A stretch of DNA of 63,869 nt, counting the filler, from Ministeria vibrans ATCC 50519 (lineage: Eukaryota; Protista; Filasterea): assembly GCA_943704425.1 (NCBI GenBank). It is 7 parts of 7 records of this genome, joined end to end, with 100 filler letters (N's around TTAATTAATTAA, not from the genome) between each part and the next. Parts side by side here need not be neighbours in the genome. Positions count along the whole stretch, not along the records: positions 18,333 to 49,385 come from CALSCP010001157.1; 6 more parts are not named here. The stretch is one strand, 5' to 3'. The position numbers and the translations under genes were made by a program. Numbering within the stretch: position 1 is the stretch's first letter; each line of letters begins with the position of its first letter. Below the pieces are notes generated by a model. That model did no database searches. It saw only the letters and a list, made by a program, of their open reading frames with translations, and was not told the DNA's origin. Of this stretch, positions 18,475 to 32,665 are shown in pieces.

Positions 18475-19922
18475 TTATTGTGTCAAACTGGACTTGATTG
18501 CTCGACAGACACGGAGAGCACCTTCTCTGATGTCATCTTCGGCATAGAAGGCAAAGGAGAGTCGCAGGTTGTGCGACCAGAGCTTTTGATCGGTAGCACA
18601 GGAGAAGAGGGAGCCTGGTTGAAAGGCGACTTGGAAGTCACGCTTGGCTGTCTCGAGGAGCGCCTCACAGTTGATGTGGGCCGGAAGGGAGAGCCAGACA
18701 AAAAAGCCACCGTGAGGTCGTTGGTAGGAGACGGCCGGTGGAAGGTGTGCGTCGAGGGTGTCGCAGAGGGCGTTGAGGCGCGCGGCATAGACGGTGCGCA
18801 AGTTTGCGGTGAGGGTGCGCTGGAGGTCGAGGGCCATGACGGAGGCCATGACGCACGCCGAGAAGTGGTTGACGCCGCCGCCGCTGTAGCCAAAGCCGCT
18901 AGAGAGGAACTGACGGATGATGGCGGGGCCCGCCTCGATCCAGCCAAGGCGAATGCCCGGCCCAAAGAGTTTGCTGAAGGAGCCGTTGGAGATGACGCAG
19001 TCGGCACCGAGTGCACGATCGACGGCAAAAACACGCGGGGGCAGCTCCACGTTGGGCGTGAGGTGAAGGATGTCGTAGACGTCGTCGCAAACAATGAGGA
19101 CGCGGTGGGCACGGGCAAGTGCGACGAGTTGGCGACGACGCTCGAGAGACAGCGTACGGCCCGTTGGGTTGTCAAAGGTCGGAATGCAGTAGATGAGGCC
19201 GCGAAAGGGGCGGTCGGCCGGGTGCTCGTCGCGAGTGGCCACAGGCAAATGCTGTTCAAGCACTTGGGCAAGACTCTCCATGCAGAGACCCTCGCTATTG
19301 GTGGCGACTGTGTTGACGTTAAGGCGATGGTCGCGGAAGACGCGCTCGGCCAGGAAGTAGGTAGGGTCGGGAGCAAAGACGGGGTCGCCGACTCGCATAA
19401 ACATAGTGCACGCCCACGCAAGTCCTTGCGTGGCACCTGCCGTCGCCAATAGATCGTCCGCGTCCACCGGCGACTTGTATTCGGCGCTCAGGAACTTGGC
19501 GAGCTCACGAAGATACCTACGCAAGAAGAGTCTCAGCGACTGTGAGGGTGCGCCGTGCGCGTGGAGCGCAGATACCTTCCGTCTCCTTTGACAGGACCAT
19601 ACTGCAGCGTCGCGGGGGCATTCTCTGAAGTCTGGCAAGGATGAAGGAGAGCGAGTGAGGAGAGGAGACAGAGACCAAAACAAATCGTACCAATCGATGC
19701 TCAACGCCCTTTCGAATGGCATCCACCGAGAGCTGCAACAGAGACTGATCTGGAGCACCGACGCCCAGATGGATCATGCCTGGGAGCGAGAAGGAGCGTC
19801 AGGGGGCGCTTTGAGTGAAACGGGGTTTGATCACCTGTGGGAACGGAGAACAAGATGTCGTCGGCAGGCGCCGCCTTGGTCTCGCTGTCGCCTTGCAATA
19901 GTTTGTCGAGTGACGAAGACAT
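18475..19922 (-). CDS. PLP-dependent class I/II aminotransferase (2-aminoadipate/aromatic aminotransferase-like)
   Basis: IHLGVGAP, TAGATQGL, PDPTY, YCIPTFDNPTG, CDDVY, GSFSKLFGPGIRLGW (PLP Lys), PHGGFFVW, LRLSFA. Confidence 0.9.
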
Positions 19923-20223
19923 GAGGGAGATGCACACACACAAAGTAAGAGAGAAAGGGAGAGAGAGATAGCGGTAAATTGATTGTGATTTCATTTAAAT
20001 CATATTTAGTGATCTCAAAGGAATGAGTGATTTGTCATTTGAGATTTCGCCATTTCATCTTCGTACCTCCCTTTCTCTGCCAATTAGTGCGCAAATTAGT
20101 GCTACTATTGGATCTACTGCGTTTTGGATCGTGAGAAGAGAGAGGGAGCGTTACAACTCGTTGGGGGAGTGAGATCGACTGATTTCGTATAATAATTTTC
20201 AACTTTGAACACGAAAAAAAAAA

Positions 20224-22821
20224 TGAATCGGAGTCGGACGGTTGGGAAGAAGACGGCTACGTCGAGTTCGACAACAACGACGACGGCCTCAAAGGGCGGG
20301 TCGAAAGGGAGCGTCGCTGAGGGCGCCAGTGTGGAAACGAAGGCAAAAAGTGTCCATGAGCAGCGCATGAGGCGCTTTGGCTGCGTCGCCGTGACGATGC
20401 GCGAGGGCTGGCCCCTCTTTCTTGTGTCGCATCTGCGCTGGACGCGGTCCTTTCGAAGGCTGCTTGAACTTCAGGCGGCCGGCAAATGCGACGCGAACGA
20501 GTGCGCTCGTCTTGTGCACCTCCTTACGACCGACGAACTGCGCCTGCTGGGCGCCCACCACGGCCAGATGGTGCTCGACCACGCACTGGTGCCGGCTGCG
20601 TGGAAGTGGTCGTCGAGCGAGCGGCCGTACGACACAGTGTTGGCGGTGGTCCATCAGGAGTTGCAAGCGCGCGTCGCCGGCACCTCTTGGCAGCAACCGT
20701 CGCTGTCGAGTGTCGGCTGGACGCTCGCGTTGGGCGAGCAAGAGGACCACGATTGTCAGAGCCCCTGGGCCGCGGCATTGCGCCATTTCTCGCGAAGCAC
20801 CAACGTGCCCGCGTCCGACGTGCTAAACCACGTCTCACCCTCGACCGGTCTGCCTGAGTCCATTGTGCTTGAACACGAAGACATTGAACTCTTCGTTGTG
20901 CACCTCTCGTCCAAATGGGAGCACCTTAACGAATGGACCGTGGGCACGGCCGAGTTTGACGCCGCGCGCTGGCTCAGCGCCTCGAGTGCGTCTTCGACAG
21001 TTGCCTTTGAGCACGAAGTCAAATCGATCCAGCGCGCCAACGCTCTTATCGCTGCCGCCGCTGCCGCTGCCGCCGCCGCCGCTGCTGCTGCTGCTTCTGC
21101 GGCTGCCGCTGCTGCTGCTGCTGCTGTCGTTGTCAATGCAAACGCCACGGCAGCGGCGGTAGCAGCGACAGCAGCAGCCACGTCCACATCAGTAGCTCCC
21201 GTCGCTCCCGAGAGTTCGCCTGCCCCTGCTTCTGCACCTAAAGCAGTCAAGCAACCCAAGGGAGCGCGGTCCAAGACCAAACAGCAACAAAAACAGGAGG
21301 AGGAAGAAAACAAGACAAGCGCGACGCCATCGGCAACCGTCGCACCAGCTCAGGCGACAAGCATTGAGACAGACAGTGCAGTTCTCTCGGTGGGTCCCAG
21401 CGACGATGGAGCCGCAGCATCGCTCAGGCAAAGCCAGCAACAGCGACGACAACAGCAGCAACCGCCGCAGGAGAAAGAGAAGTCGAAGGTGACGAATGTT
21501 GTCGTCGTCTCCGAGTCTACGCCGAGTGACAATGTCAAAGGGAAACCAGCGACCTTTCAGGCAGCAGCAGAAGGGAAAGGGAAGATCCGCGAGAGTAGCG
21601 CAAAGAAGAACGCACAGGCACATGCAAACGGGAGCGACCCGACTGGTCGCGCAGCGGACAATGAAAAGCACGACAATGATAGCGACGAAGAAGTGCTGCC
21701 TGTGGGATGGACGCGCGAGTGGTCCGATGACTATCAGCACTACTACTATTGCAATGTTGCTCTTAACCTCTCATCATGGAGAGTTCCTCAGGTTCGTCAG
21801 TGACCCCCTTTTATTCACTTTGTTTCTTTTTCTTTGTTTTTCTTTCCCTCCCCTTTCTCCTTTCTTTTTTTACTTTTTCATTTTTGTATTGTTGTAGAGT
21901 GTGAGTGATGGTGAAACTGTGTCACCCAGCAGTGAACAGACGAGCAATGGCGAGGCCGAGAAAAATGTGACCGAGGCAAAGCAGCCCAAGCGCACTGCTG
22001 CGTCGGTTGCCAAAATCACTGCGACTGCACCCAAGGAAGTCACTATCGCCAATGGTCAGTCTACGAACCATCTTGCTGCGTCCAAGGCATCGGCGTCGAC
22101 GCCTAAAGGGAGTGCCAGTGCCAGTGCCAGTGCCAGTGCCAATGCAAGGGCAAGTGAGGGTAAGGGCAGTGCGTCGCCATCATCCGCGGGTGGTGGAGGC
22201 ACGCGGGGAATCCCGGCGCCGCCCACAGACCCGCGTGCGCGTCCCTTGCCCAATGCGACGCGTGCCATTGACGGTATTCCCATCAAGACACACGACGCCG
22301 TCTTCTTGCCTGTCTTCAACCTGAGCTTTGAACAGCTTCCCGAGATGCTCCATGTCTTGCTGGGCAGCGCCAAGGCGCGCGCGGCGGCATACGCCAACCT
22401 ACGCTCTGCGGCACAGCGTCTGGGCGAACCGTACCCGGAGCACGTCGAGTGTGCCATTCGCAGTCTGGACACGCACTGGCTGCCTCTTGCCCAACCCCAC
22501 TACGACGCAGGTCGCTGGTCTGCCGTCTTCCCCGGCTCAGGCCAGAGCGGCTGGCTCGAGGACGTCGACCGCTTGACCCCCTTAAACTGCGAACTTCTGC
22601 GCAAACTGGGCGTCAAAGACTCCTTTGCGCTCTGCACACGCTACACACAAGGCGACAACATTGCTGCGCTGCTCGGGCGCTGCTCCGTCCGCCACCCCAA
22701 AACCGTTAGCGCCGTTCTCCGCTGGCTCGCCCGCCATGCGCCCGCGCCCGCCCCTTCCTCCTCCTCCTCCTCATCTCACAACTCGCTCTCTCCACACAAA
22801 GCCTCAAAAGCCCGTCAGTAG
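20224..22821 (+). CDS. Hypothetical protein with low-complexity centre, one WW domain and a globular C-terminus; 2 exons
   Basis: LPVGWTREWSDDYQHYYYCNVALNLSSWRVP WW motif; intron ~21792-21897 joins the two ORFs. Confidence 0.7.
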
Positions 22822-22941
22822 TATTTTTATTATTTTTATTATTCCTTTTCTTTTGTTTTGGTCGGTTGTTTGTGTGCGTGTTTCTTTCTTTCTTTGGTTT
22901 CCTTATATTTCTGATACAAACTTTATACACTTTACACAAAT

Positions 22942-23322
22942 TTAAACATGCTTTGCGATTTTTCTTGAGGCACCCACAACGCCTCCTCCTCCTCCTACTC
23001 CTCCGCTTCGCTGGTGTTGTTCTCGCTGTGCCTTTCGTTCTTGTTGTCGTTTCTCGCGCTCGGCCCTTTTGGCAGCCGACAGTGCACGCGCAACGGCACG
23101 CTCCGAGTCTTCGTCGTCCGACCAGCCGCCTCCACCCGTCGCCGACCCGTCGTTTCCTTCGTCGTCGTTCCACTCGGTCAGTTGCGTTTGGACGCCCGAT
23201 GTGTACGCACGCACACGCTCTGCAGCGCGCGCCGCCTCCTCCTCCGCCTGGCCCAACACGACGACTGCGGGCGCTGAATACACCGGCTCCATGCCTTCAA
23301 AGAGATCAAGACTCGGCTCTTG

Positions 23323-23364
<42 letters not shown>

Positions 23365-23667
23365 AGGAGGAGGAGGAGGAGGCGCCGATGGCAGTGGAGG
23401 AGAGGCACAGTGGGCATCAACAGTCACGACGGAGAGCAGTCCGGACTCTACGTCGGCCGGTGTCTCCCAGTCGTCCCAGCCTTCGTCGCCATCGTCAACC
23501 TAGAAGGGATTCGAGCTGTAAGCAAGTGGGAAGAGGAGCAGGAGCGCCAGTCGTACAATGAGAAGCTTTTTTGGCTCCTTTTTGCGACACAAAAATCGTT
23601 TTATCCTCTTCATCAAGAGGGATAGCCAGACTGGACAGGAGAAACATCGAGAGAGCCCCAAGACCAT
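22942..23667 (-). CDS. EBAG9: EBAG9/RCAS1-like protein; 2 exons
   Basis: Spliced product MVLGLSRCFSC..KRIKRFLCR..GWDDWE..DLFEGMEP..GWSDDED..KRAEREKRQQERK..KIAKHV parallels recalled EBAG9 motifs (FLKRLICR, WTSWDE, DYFKDMTP, WEEEED, DREKR, KIGVK). Confidence 0.72.
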
Positions 23668-23795
23668 GACGAAGAAAGCGAAAATGAAAAAAAAATGAAA
23701 AAATAAATTCCAATTGTCTCATTCAAAATTTCAAATTGATTGGCTCTTCTGGTTTCTGTAATCTGTTCAATAGCGTTCATCTTTTCCCTTTGAGA

Positions 23796-25019
23796 ATGCT
23801 GCTAGCATGCTTGAAAAGCACGTCCGTGTGCGGCGCACGGCAGTTGCGCGGGATGTCGACCAAGGCAAAGGCGATGGTTGCGACGGGCATTGCGCGCGTG
23901 ACAGGTACGAGAGAGGGACGCCACTGGGCCCACAGCTCACCCTCACCCGCCTCCGCGCCGTGCCCTGGACAGAGCGGGTGTTTGTGGACGGCAAAGGGTG
24001 CTGGCTGACGTCGGACGGCGGCGAGCGCTTCCTCGACATGGCTGCGGGCATTGGCGTCGTCAACGTGGGCCACTGCCACCCGCACGTGGTGGCCGCCATC
24101 CAGGCCCAAGCTGCCAAGATTATCCACGCCCAGGTACGCTTCTTATTAGTCTTATTTAGCCAACGGATGAGCAGCTTTCGTTTTTTCTCTTCCTCTTTTT
24201 TTTTCCGTTTTTTTGAAAACCGTTCTCCATTTCCGGTGTGCAGACAAGCATCATGCACCACCAGCCGATGCTGACGCTTGTGGAACGACTTGAAAAGATA
24301 ACCCCGCCCGGCCTAGACTGTTTCTTCTTCCCTGGAGCGAGGTATGGCACACACTGCTAAAACCAGCCAAGTTCAGTTTCCTGAGGTGCTCTGTCTGCTC
24401 TTGCAGTGGCGCCGAGGCAGTGGAAGCCTCCCTGAAGCTGGTGCGGCAGGCGACGGGCAAGCAGAACATTATTGTGATGCAAGGGGGCTATCACGGGCGT
24501 ACGCTTGCGACGTCGTCCATGACCACAAGCAAGACCATCTACCGTGTGGGTGCCGGCCCACACATGTCCAGTGTCTTTGTCACGCCCTTTCCGTACCGCA
24601 CGCAGATGGGTGTCGGCGACCATGTGACACAGGACGAGGTGATGGGGTGTGGGAGAGACGGACGTCACGTTGTGATGGTGATTTGAGTTTGTAGATGGAG
24701 GACATTTGTCTGGGGCAACTTGAGCTGCTCCTGCGCCAACAGACGGCTGCGAGTGACACGGCAGCGCTTTTTATTGAGCCTGTATTGGGCGAAGGCGGCT
24801 ATGTGCCTGCAAGCGGACGGTTCCTGCAAGGCATCAGCGACATATGTCGACGCAATGAAATTTTGGTGGTTGCGGATGAGATCCAGTGCGGCTTTGGGCG
24901 CACAGGAAGCATGTTTTACTCGTCGTCTGTGGGATTTGAGCCGGATGTGATGCTCATGGCAAAGGTACGTGAGAAAGGAGAGAGAGAAAAAAAAACTAAA
25001 AAAACGAGACAAAGTGATA

Positions 25020-25056
<37 letters not shown>

Positions 25057-25611
25057 CTGACTGGGTGTGTGTGACTCCATTTTTTTTTTTTTGCGTGAAT
25101 GGGGCGGAGTGTGAGAGAACGACTTTGAATGATACTGTTGTACATGAAGGGACTTGCGTCAGGGATGCCTCTGTCGTGTGTGGCGGCGAGCAAGGCGCTG
25201 TTTGACAAGCAGCCAGTGGGGTCGATGGGGGGCACATATGCGGGGAATGCCGTTGCGTGTGCAGCTGCGAATGCAACACTGGATGTGTTTGAGCAGGAGC
25301 CCATTGTCGCCAATGCGGGTGCGCGGGGCAAGCAGCTGCAGGCGGGGCTCGCAGAGATTGCACAGACACTTGGGCGGGGCCATGTGGTGCGCGGGGCGGG
25401 TCTAATGGTCGCGTATGAACTCAAGGGCGCCCCGCGCGGCACTGCAGCGGCCATCAGCGCCCTCTGCTGCGACACCCACCACATGCTTGTGCTCACTTGC
25501 TCCGACTACGAGACAATGCGCTTCGTCCCTCCGCTTGTCATTTCCGCCGATGAGATTGATCTTGCCCTCGACCGTTTTAGACAAGCCCTTGAACACGTTC
25601 TTTCCCATTAA
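23796..25611 (+). CDS. Class III PLP aminotransferase (4-aminobutyrate aminotransferase, GabT-like) with probable mitochondrial transit peptide; multi-exon
   Basis: FLDMAAGIGVVNVGHCHP, SGAEAVEA, GGYHGRT, IEPVLGEGG, VADEIQCGFGRTG, MAKGLASGMPLS, GGTYAGN. Confidence 0.92.
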
Positions 25612-25796
25612 CTTTATACAATATTATCGTTCAGTGAGAACACGTTCAATCACATTACTTTATACAGTCATATTGTTCAGTGAGAAGTCGTTCAATTCTC
25701 TTTATTCTCACAATATTATGGTTCAGTAAGAAGTCGTTCGATTCTCTTGAGAGCACTCTAAAAAGTCAGGAGAGAGTGTTTGAGAAAGACAGAGAG

Positions 25797-26170
<374 letters not shown>

Positions 26171-26321
26171 AGAAAAAGAGAGAAGAAAGACGTGATCAAA
26201 GAGTTATATTGATCATGACGTTTGAGTAAATTGGGTGACGTACAATAATTGACTCGACAGTCGAATCGGATTCCAGAGCCAATAACTCACACAATGCCAT
26301 TTGAGCTTTATAACTTTCTCC

Positions 26322-28151
26322 CTAATCAACAAGTGTCTGCCAACGATCTTCTTTCTCTTTATCGTTTACGGTTGGATTAGCGCGGACAAACGGGCAGTAC
26401 GTCTTGAGTGCGTCTGCTTCCCCTGCACACATCGCCGACAACTCCTCTTCGCCGTAAATTGTTTCTGTGGTTCCTTCCGTTTCCATTTCGTTTCCGTCGC
26501 GTTTTCGTTTCAATTGTGATTTTTCGCGCGCAATTTCCTCCCTAGTTTCCCGAATCCCATTTTCTGCTCGATCGCGAAAGATTTCAGAAAACGAACCAAT
26601 TCCTTAATAGAGCAGCAACAACAACAAAGAAACAAAGATATAGCGAGTGTAAGAGTTAAACAAAGTAGACAACTATATACCTTCCTCGGGAAAAGTGGAG
26701 GGAATGAGAGAAAGAAGGAATTTGCGGTCGTCAGAGAGTGAAATGTGGTGAGAAGAGGAAGGAGAGAAGGAGCGGGAAAGACCAGAGTGCCATTGGGACC
26801 AGAGACGGGAGAGCAGGGGGGAAGAGGATGGGTGCATGAAGGGAGTGGGAAGAGTGAGTTTGGTAGCGATGAGGAGGAGGGCAGCAAGAGAGGGAGTGGC
26901 GGAAAGGAAGTGTGCAGGGAGGGAGTGGGCGAGGGACGGGGCAAGGGCAAGACGGAGGGCACAGGCGGTGGTGGGCGGTGGGGTGCGGGGGAGACGTGTC
27001 GTGGCGATGCGGAGGAGCGTGGCGGGGGTATTGAGAGGCGCAAGGGGCGGGAGAAGCAGCGTGGACGCTATGCGCTGTGTCGTCTGTGACAAAGTGAGAC
27101 AAGTGGGGACTGCACTGCTCACAAGCGCACTCTTGTCTATGGGAACGAGAGTGCATTCAGAGTGTGTTAGAGTGGAAATGATGGCATGCGACCCGTACAA
27201 GTGCCTTGGGAGGTGCCGAGACGCGCACGGGCGACAGTGAGAGCGGCACGGTAGGGCATGGTGGCATGGGCCCAACGCACCAAATCGCATGCGCGCACAG
27301 GCGCACAAAGCCACCTTCACAAAGCAAAGACGATGAGAGCCTGAGAGAAGACGGGGCGAGAATGTGCGTAAAGCGCAACTACGACTCACCGAAGCGCATA
27401 GTGGACAAGAGCAAGGGAGACTGGTAGCGTGGGTGTAATGGAGTCTTGGCGTTCGGCGCGGTCGACGCGCGGCACAAACGACGGTCGCGGACGCGCTTTG
27501 GAGTGTCTAGTGCGATGGCGCCGGCGCCGCCCTGTCGCTGTCGAGGAGGCAGCGGAAGGTGCCTTGATGGGCGAGGAATCAAAGAGACTCGCCTCTTGGT
27601 CTTCCTCTTCGTCGTGGTCGTCGCTCTCGTCGTGTTCGCTTGCGCTGCTGCCTTCTGCGTCAAGTGCACGGAGAAACTCCCTTTCAAACTAGCAAGCAAA
27701 AAACGAGGTAGGTTATATGAGGCGATGAGTGAGCACACTGGGCGATAGTAGAGCGTAGGGTCGTACTTGGGCATCGGAGAGGGTGCGGAATTGGAAGGCA
27801 AGGCGCTCAATGGTCGGGACAAGTTCGGACGATATCCCTTTGCGCGACGAGTCAGTGGATGTCGGGTGATGGGGCGTCTGTTATACCTTGATACTGTACA
27901 ATCCAGTCGCACTGCTGCCGCAAGATAAACTCAAACACGTCAAAGATTAGGCTGGACAGGAAGCAGAGAGGGCAAGGAGTGAGCAAGTGACAGCATTTGT
28001 GGGTAGTGTGAGCACCTTCGTTGCGTGCGATGGTACGACTCACGCGCTGCGACACTCCGAGTAGAGGACGCCTTGTCTGTGCCGCGATCGACTTTGACGC
28101 GTTGACGATGGGCGTTCAGTCCCTATCAAAGGGGGTGAGGGGAAGGGAGGG

Positions 28152-28189
<38 letters not shown>

Positions 28190-28331
28190 TGTGTACACTA
28201 TAGCTTTCAATGTTTGAATCGACCAGCACACTCTGCGATTGGTTGCCACACGACGAGCATGTTAGGAAGCCAACGCTATTGAAGAAGAGCGCTCGAGCTC
28301 CACACACTTGGCATGGTTGTCGTTGTGACAT
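26322..28331 (-). CDS. TAF1B/RRN7-like RNA polymerase I initiation factor; multi-exon
   Basis: N-terminal zinc ribbon CQVCGARALFFNSVGFLTCSSCGNQSQ; downstream exons joined by GT-AG introns; last exon ends at TAG 26322. Confidence 0.55.
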
Positions 28332-28409
28332 GCGAAGTATGTGAATGAATAGAAGTGATAATACGAAATCGCCAAACCTTGAAAGGCAATTAAAGCATTG
28401 TTTACTGTT

Positions 28410-29444
28410 TCAATTAGCCAAAATAAGAAGTGTGGTGATCTGGTCAAAGGTCGGACGCGACTTAGGCTCGGAGGTCCAACAACGACGCATGACGGTGAGA
28501 TAGGCGTCGGGTGCCTGTGTTGGGGGGACCGAGGGACGGTCCCCGGCACGCACCGCCGACACCACCTCGTCAACGCTGGCGAGGTCTCGGAAAGGAAGAT
28601 CACGGCTGAAAACATAACAAATTTAATTATTATTATTATATTTTATATACAAAAGAACGCACAGGGTTTAATGTGTCGATTACCTGAGAATCTCCCAGAG
28701 GACAATGGCAAACGAATAGACATCGCAAGGCGAGGCAAAGCGGCCGCCAGAAAGCAGCTCAGGAGCTTGCCAAAGCAGCGAACCCGGCTGAGTGTGACTT
28801 TCCGACGACGCCACCATGTCAAGCTCACGCACAGTCTCACGCGACGCCCCACTCACCAACACTGCTGCTGCTGCTTCTGTTGCTCCTTCTTTATATGCTG
28901 TCGCTTGTATTCGCACTCCGCCGCCGTCACCATCACCAACACCACCTGAACTCGGCAACACTGTCTTCATCGTAGCCACAGTGTGCTTGCGAGTTGCTAG
29001 CGCCGACGAGCCAAAATCAGACACTTTCACTGTCCATTTTTCGTCGACAAGACAGTTTTCAGCCTTGAGATCGCGATGGAGCACAGGTGGCGCACGCGAA
29101 TGCAAATGACGCATCCCCCGCGCAATATCCACCGCAAATCGCACACGCAACGCCCAATCAAGCGTCTCGGTCTCACAATCCAACACGCTCCGCAGCGAAC
29201 CGCGCTCCATAAACTCCATCACACAGAAGGGCGCATTGTCCACCTGTCGTTGTCCGGCACCATAGAACAGTACCAAATTGCCATGTCGCAGTTCTCGCAG
29301 AAACACAATCTCCTGTGCAAATTCTTCCAATGAGCGCACATCAGACTCAAGCACAGCAATCATAAGCTAGAAAAAAAAAACACACACACAAACACACACA
29401 AACACGTAACATTATTCATTACATTCAGTTTAAGAGAGAGAGAG

Positions 29445-29542
<98 letters not shown>

Positions 29543-29558
29543 GACGCNNNNAACAAAG

Positions 29559-29596
<38 letters not shown>

Positions 29597-29665
29597 TTAA
29601 GAGAAAGAAACAAAGTGATAGAGAGAGAGAGAGAGAGAGAAACAAAGTGATAGAGAGAAACAAAG

Positions 29666-29701
<36 letters not shown>

Positions 29702-29703
29702 AG

Positions 29704-29734
<31 letters not shown>

Positions 29735-29763
29735 AGGGAGAAAGAAGAGAGAAAGAAACAAAG

Positions 29764-29794
<31 letters not shown>

Positions 29795-32627
29795 AAGTTA
29801 AGAGAAAGAAACAAAGTGATAGAGAGAGAGAGAGAGAAAATAGTCCTCTTACCTGCTTGACTGCAACCGTTCGGCCCAACCAGCGCGCACTAAACACATC
29901 CCCAAACGCCCCCCGTCCAATCGGTCGTAGGTCCTCCAGGTCCTCTTCGCTGATCGTCCAGCACTTCTCAAGGTCTTTGATTTGCTCGTCGCGATCGTCT
30001 GCAAACCAAGGAAACACAATCAGAATTGGAAATTAATTAATATCAATTGCGGAAAAGTTACCCAAGAGTCGTTCGTAGAGTGCCGTTTGCGTTGAACGAC
30101 TGCGCTTGTTGCGTCGGTACAGCACAACGCCCACCACGATACCCTATAATCATATGCATGGACATATTTAATACACATAATCGTTATTATGATCATAATG
30201 TCGCTTTTTTGCAACGCGGGTCACAACAGACGTACGATGAGAATAAGGAAAACGGGAATGCCAACACCCACTTTGAGAGGAAGGGTATTTGGGGTGCGAC
30301 AAGAGGAGGGACCGGGGCCAGAGCAACCGTATGTGCCACAGGAAGCGTCACAGGCGAGACACTCGAGGCCCAATTGATCATTTGTGTGCACGTAGAAGGC
30401 CGTGGGGCACCGCTCGACGCATGATGGGCCGTGGTTGTTGGCAAGAGAGTAGAGGCCGTTGTAGCACTGGCAGCGCGGAAAGAAGGCGCCGGTGAAACCC
30501 GGCTCGGAAATCATAAAGCAGGCGCCAAGTTTGCCACAGGGTACCTGGCCATTGGGAAGGTTTGCGTTGCACGCAATCACTTGGCTGCAGTCGGAGCCAC
30601 TCAGTCCAAAAGGACAACAGTTGCTGGACATAGGAGCGGTGAGAAGAAAGAGAATGAGAAGAGAACGCAATGTACAACCGTTTGGGTAATTTTTGTAGAG
30701 TACACAGGCGATGGGCCGCTGCAGCCCGTCGTGATGTACGAGACGTCCGCACTCGAACCGTCTTGGATGCTGCTGCTAAAACACGCCTCGGCACACACGG
30801 AACACTGTGGCATCGTTCCAAAACTCCCTTTTAATAGTCCAAAATCATGGCGTGCATAAGACGTGCAGTAATACAACAATAATGTTTAAATAATCTTACC
30901 TCCGGGGCAAGTGGGGCCAGAAAAGGGATTTCCTTCAATCTACACAAAACAACACACACGCACATGCAATTTAGCAGAGCAAAGAAGCACTGGGACTGTT
31001 GTCGTACGGACACAACTCGAGCAAAGCCCGCAATGACAGGGATTTGAATGAGCTGATTGTGCGACAAATCAAGCACCGTGTAAGGCTGATAGGGCACTTC
31101 GCCAAAGATAAATGCAGTGAGCACAATGCGATTAAAGGCCAAGTCGACCGTTGTCAAAAGATGCAGGAACGGCGCAATGAACATCACATCCTTTTCAAGT
31201 TGGTTTCCTCGGAAAAAGAGCGATTCGACAAAGGGAGTCTGTAAATTCCGAGCGAGAATGAGCAATGATAATTATGTTGTTTGAGAGAGAGGGTACGGGA
31301 ACAAGGAGGCGCGGGGCGACTGTGTTGAGTTGGTTGAAGGAGACGGAGAGAGAGCGCAGAGGAAGCAAAGTGGGACTGTTGCCAAAGACAAGGGAGAGTG
31401 TCGTGAGGTTATTGAAGTCGAGAGAGAGGGTTGTGAGGGACACGAGAGTTGCAAATGCACCCAAGTCAATTGTGCTGATTGAATTGTCTAATTCAAGAGA
31501 ACAACGAGTCAATAATTACTATTAAAGTATGGGAACACAACGCCATGACTGAGGGATATCAAACGTACAGGACAAATCCAAAGACTTTAGAGCGGTAAGA
31601 CCTTGAAAGGAATCAAAGTGAATATGCGAGAGATTGAGACGGGACAAATCGAGAAGAAGAAGAGCGGAAAGAGGATAAAAGACGCCGGAAACAATGGACG
31701 AGAGATCAGCGCATTGGCTGATGGCCAGTGTGTGGAGGGCCGTTGTGTTGGCAAATAGACCCACTGGACCTGTAAAAGGCGAGAGAGAGGGGAGAGGACG
31801 AACAGTGTGAGAGGAACGGGAGGACTATGTGATGTGTACCGATTTCTGTGATATTCGTGTTTGTGAGCGAAAGAGTGTTCAAACTAAAAGGCAAAAGGAA
31901 AATTAATATTATTAACATAAGACTAGATGGACTTATAGCAATCGTACTTGGGGAGATGATCAAAGGGAAGCGATTGTAAAAAGGAAGAATCGATGGAAGT
32001 CTGAGCGAGACTGAGAGTGGTCAGTTCACCGAGTGAGCTGAAGATGAGAGGAGGGAGGGACAGCTGAGGATTGGCCGAGAGGGATAGGGTAGTAAGAAGT
32101 GACAGTCCGTTGAACGTGACTGAAAAAGAAAAGATAAGTGAGCAACACAGAAGAGTGAGTGGGAGAAGAAGGGCTTACCTGGTGAGAGAGTGACGAGTGC
32201 GTTTGCGTCGAGAAGGATTGTAGAGAGAAGGGGAGTGTGGACAAAGAGAGCCGAAGGGAGAGCCGAGAGGTTGTTGTGGGTGGCGGAGAAGTAGGAGAGA
32301 CGGGAGGTGGAGTGGAGCAGGTCGGAGGGGAGGGAGGAAAGTAATGGATTTTGGTCTAGGGAGAGGGAGGAAAGGAGGGGGGAGGAGGGGAAAAGGGGTG
32401 ATGGTAAAGTGGCAATGTCGGTGTAGGTGAGTGAGACGACTGACAAATTAGTGTTGGTCGCAAAGACATCTAGAGAAAGAGAGAAATTTAAAAAGAAGAG
32501 CGAGAAAGAGCGTATGTATGTGAGTAACTAAGTGAGTGAGTGAGTGAGTGAGGAGTGAGTGCTTAGTGTGTGTGTGCTTAGTGTGTGTGTGCTTAGTGCT
32601 TAGTGTGTGTGTGTTGTAATGTATATA

Positions 32628-32665
<38 letters not shown>

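Noticed and set aside
26322-26610. Apparent frameshift or stop readthrough at the end of the TAF1B-like gene (ORFs 26510-27043 and 26322-26513)
   Set aside because: A phase-1 GT-AG intron places the last exon in the frame GIGSFSEIF..EKSQLKRKRD; no recoding is needed
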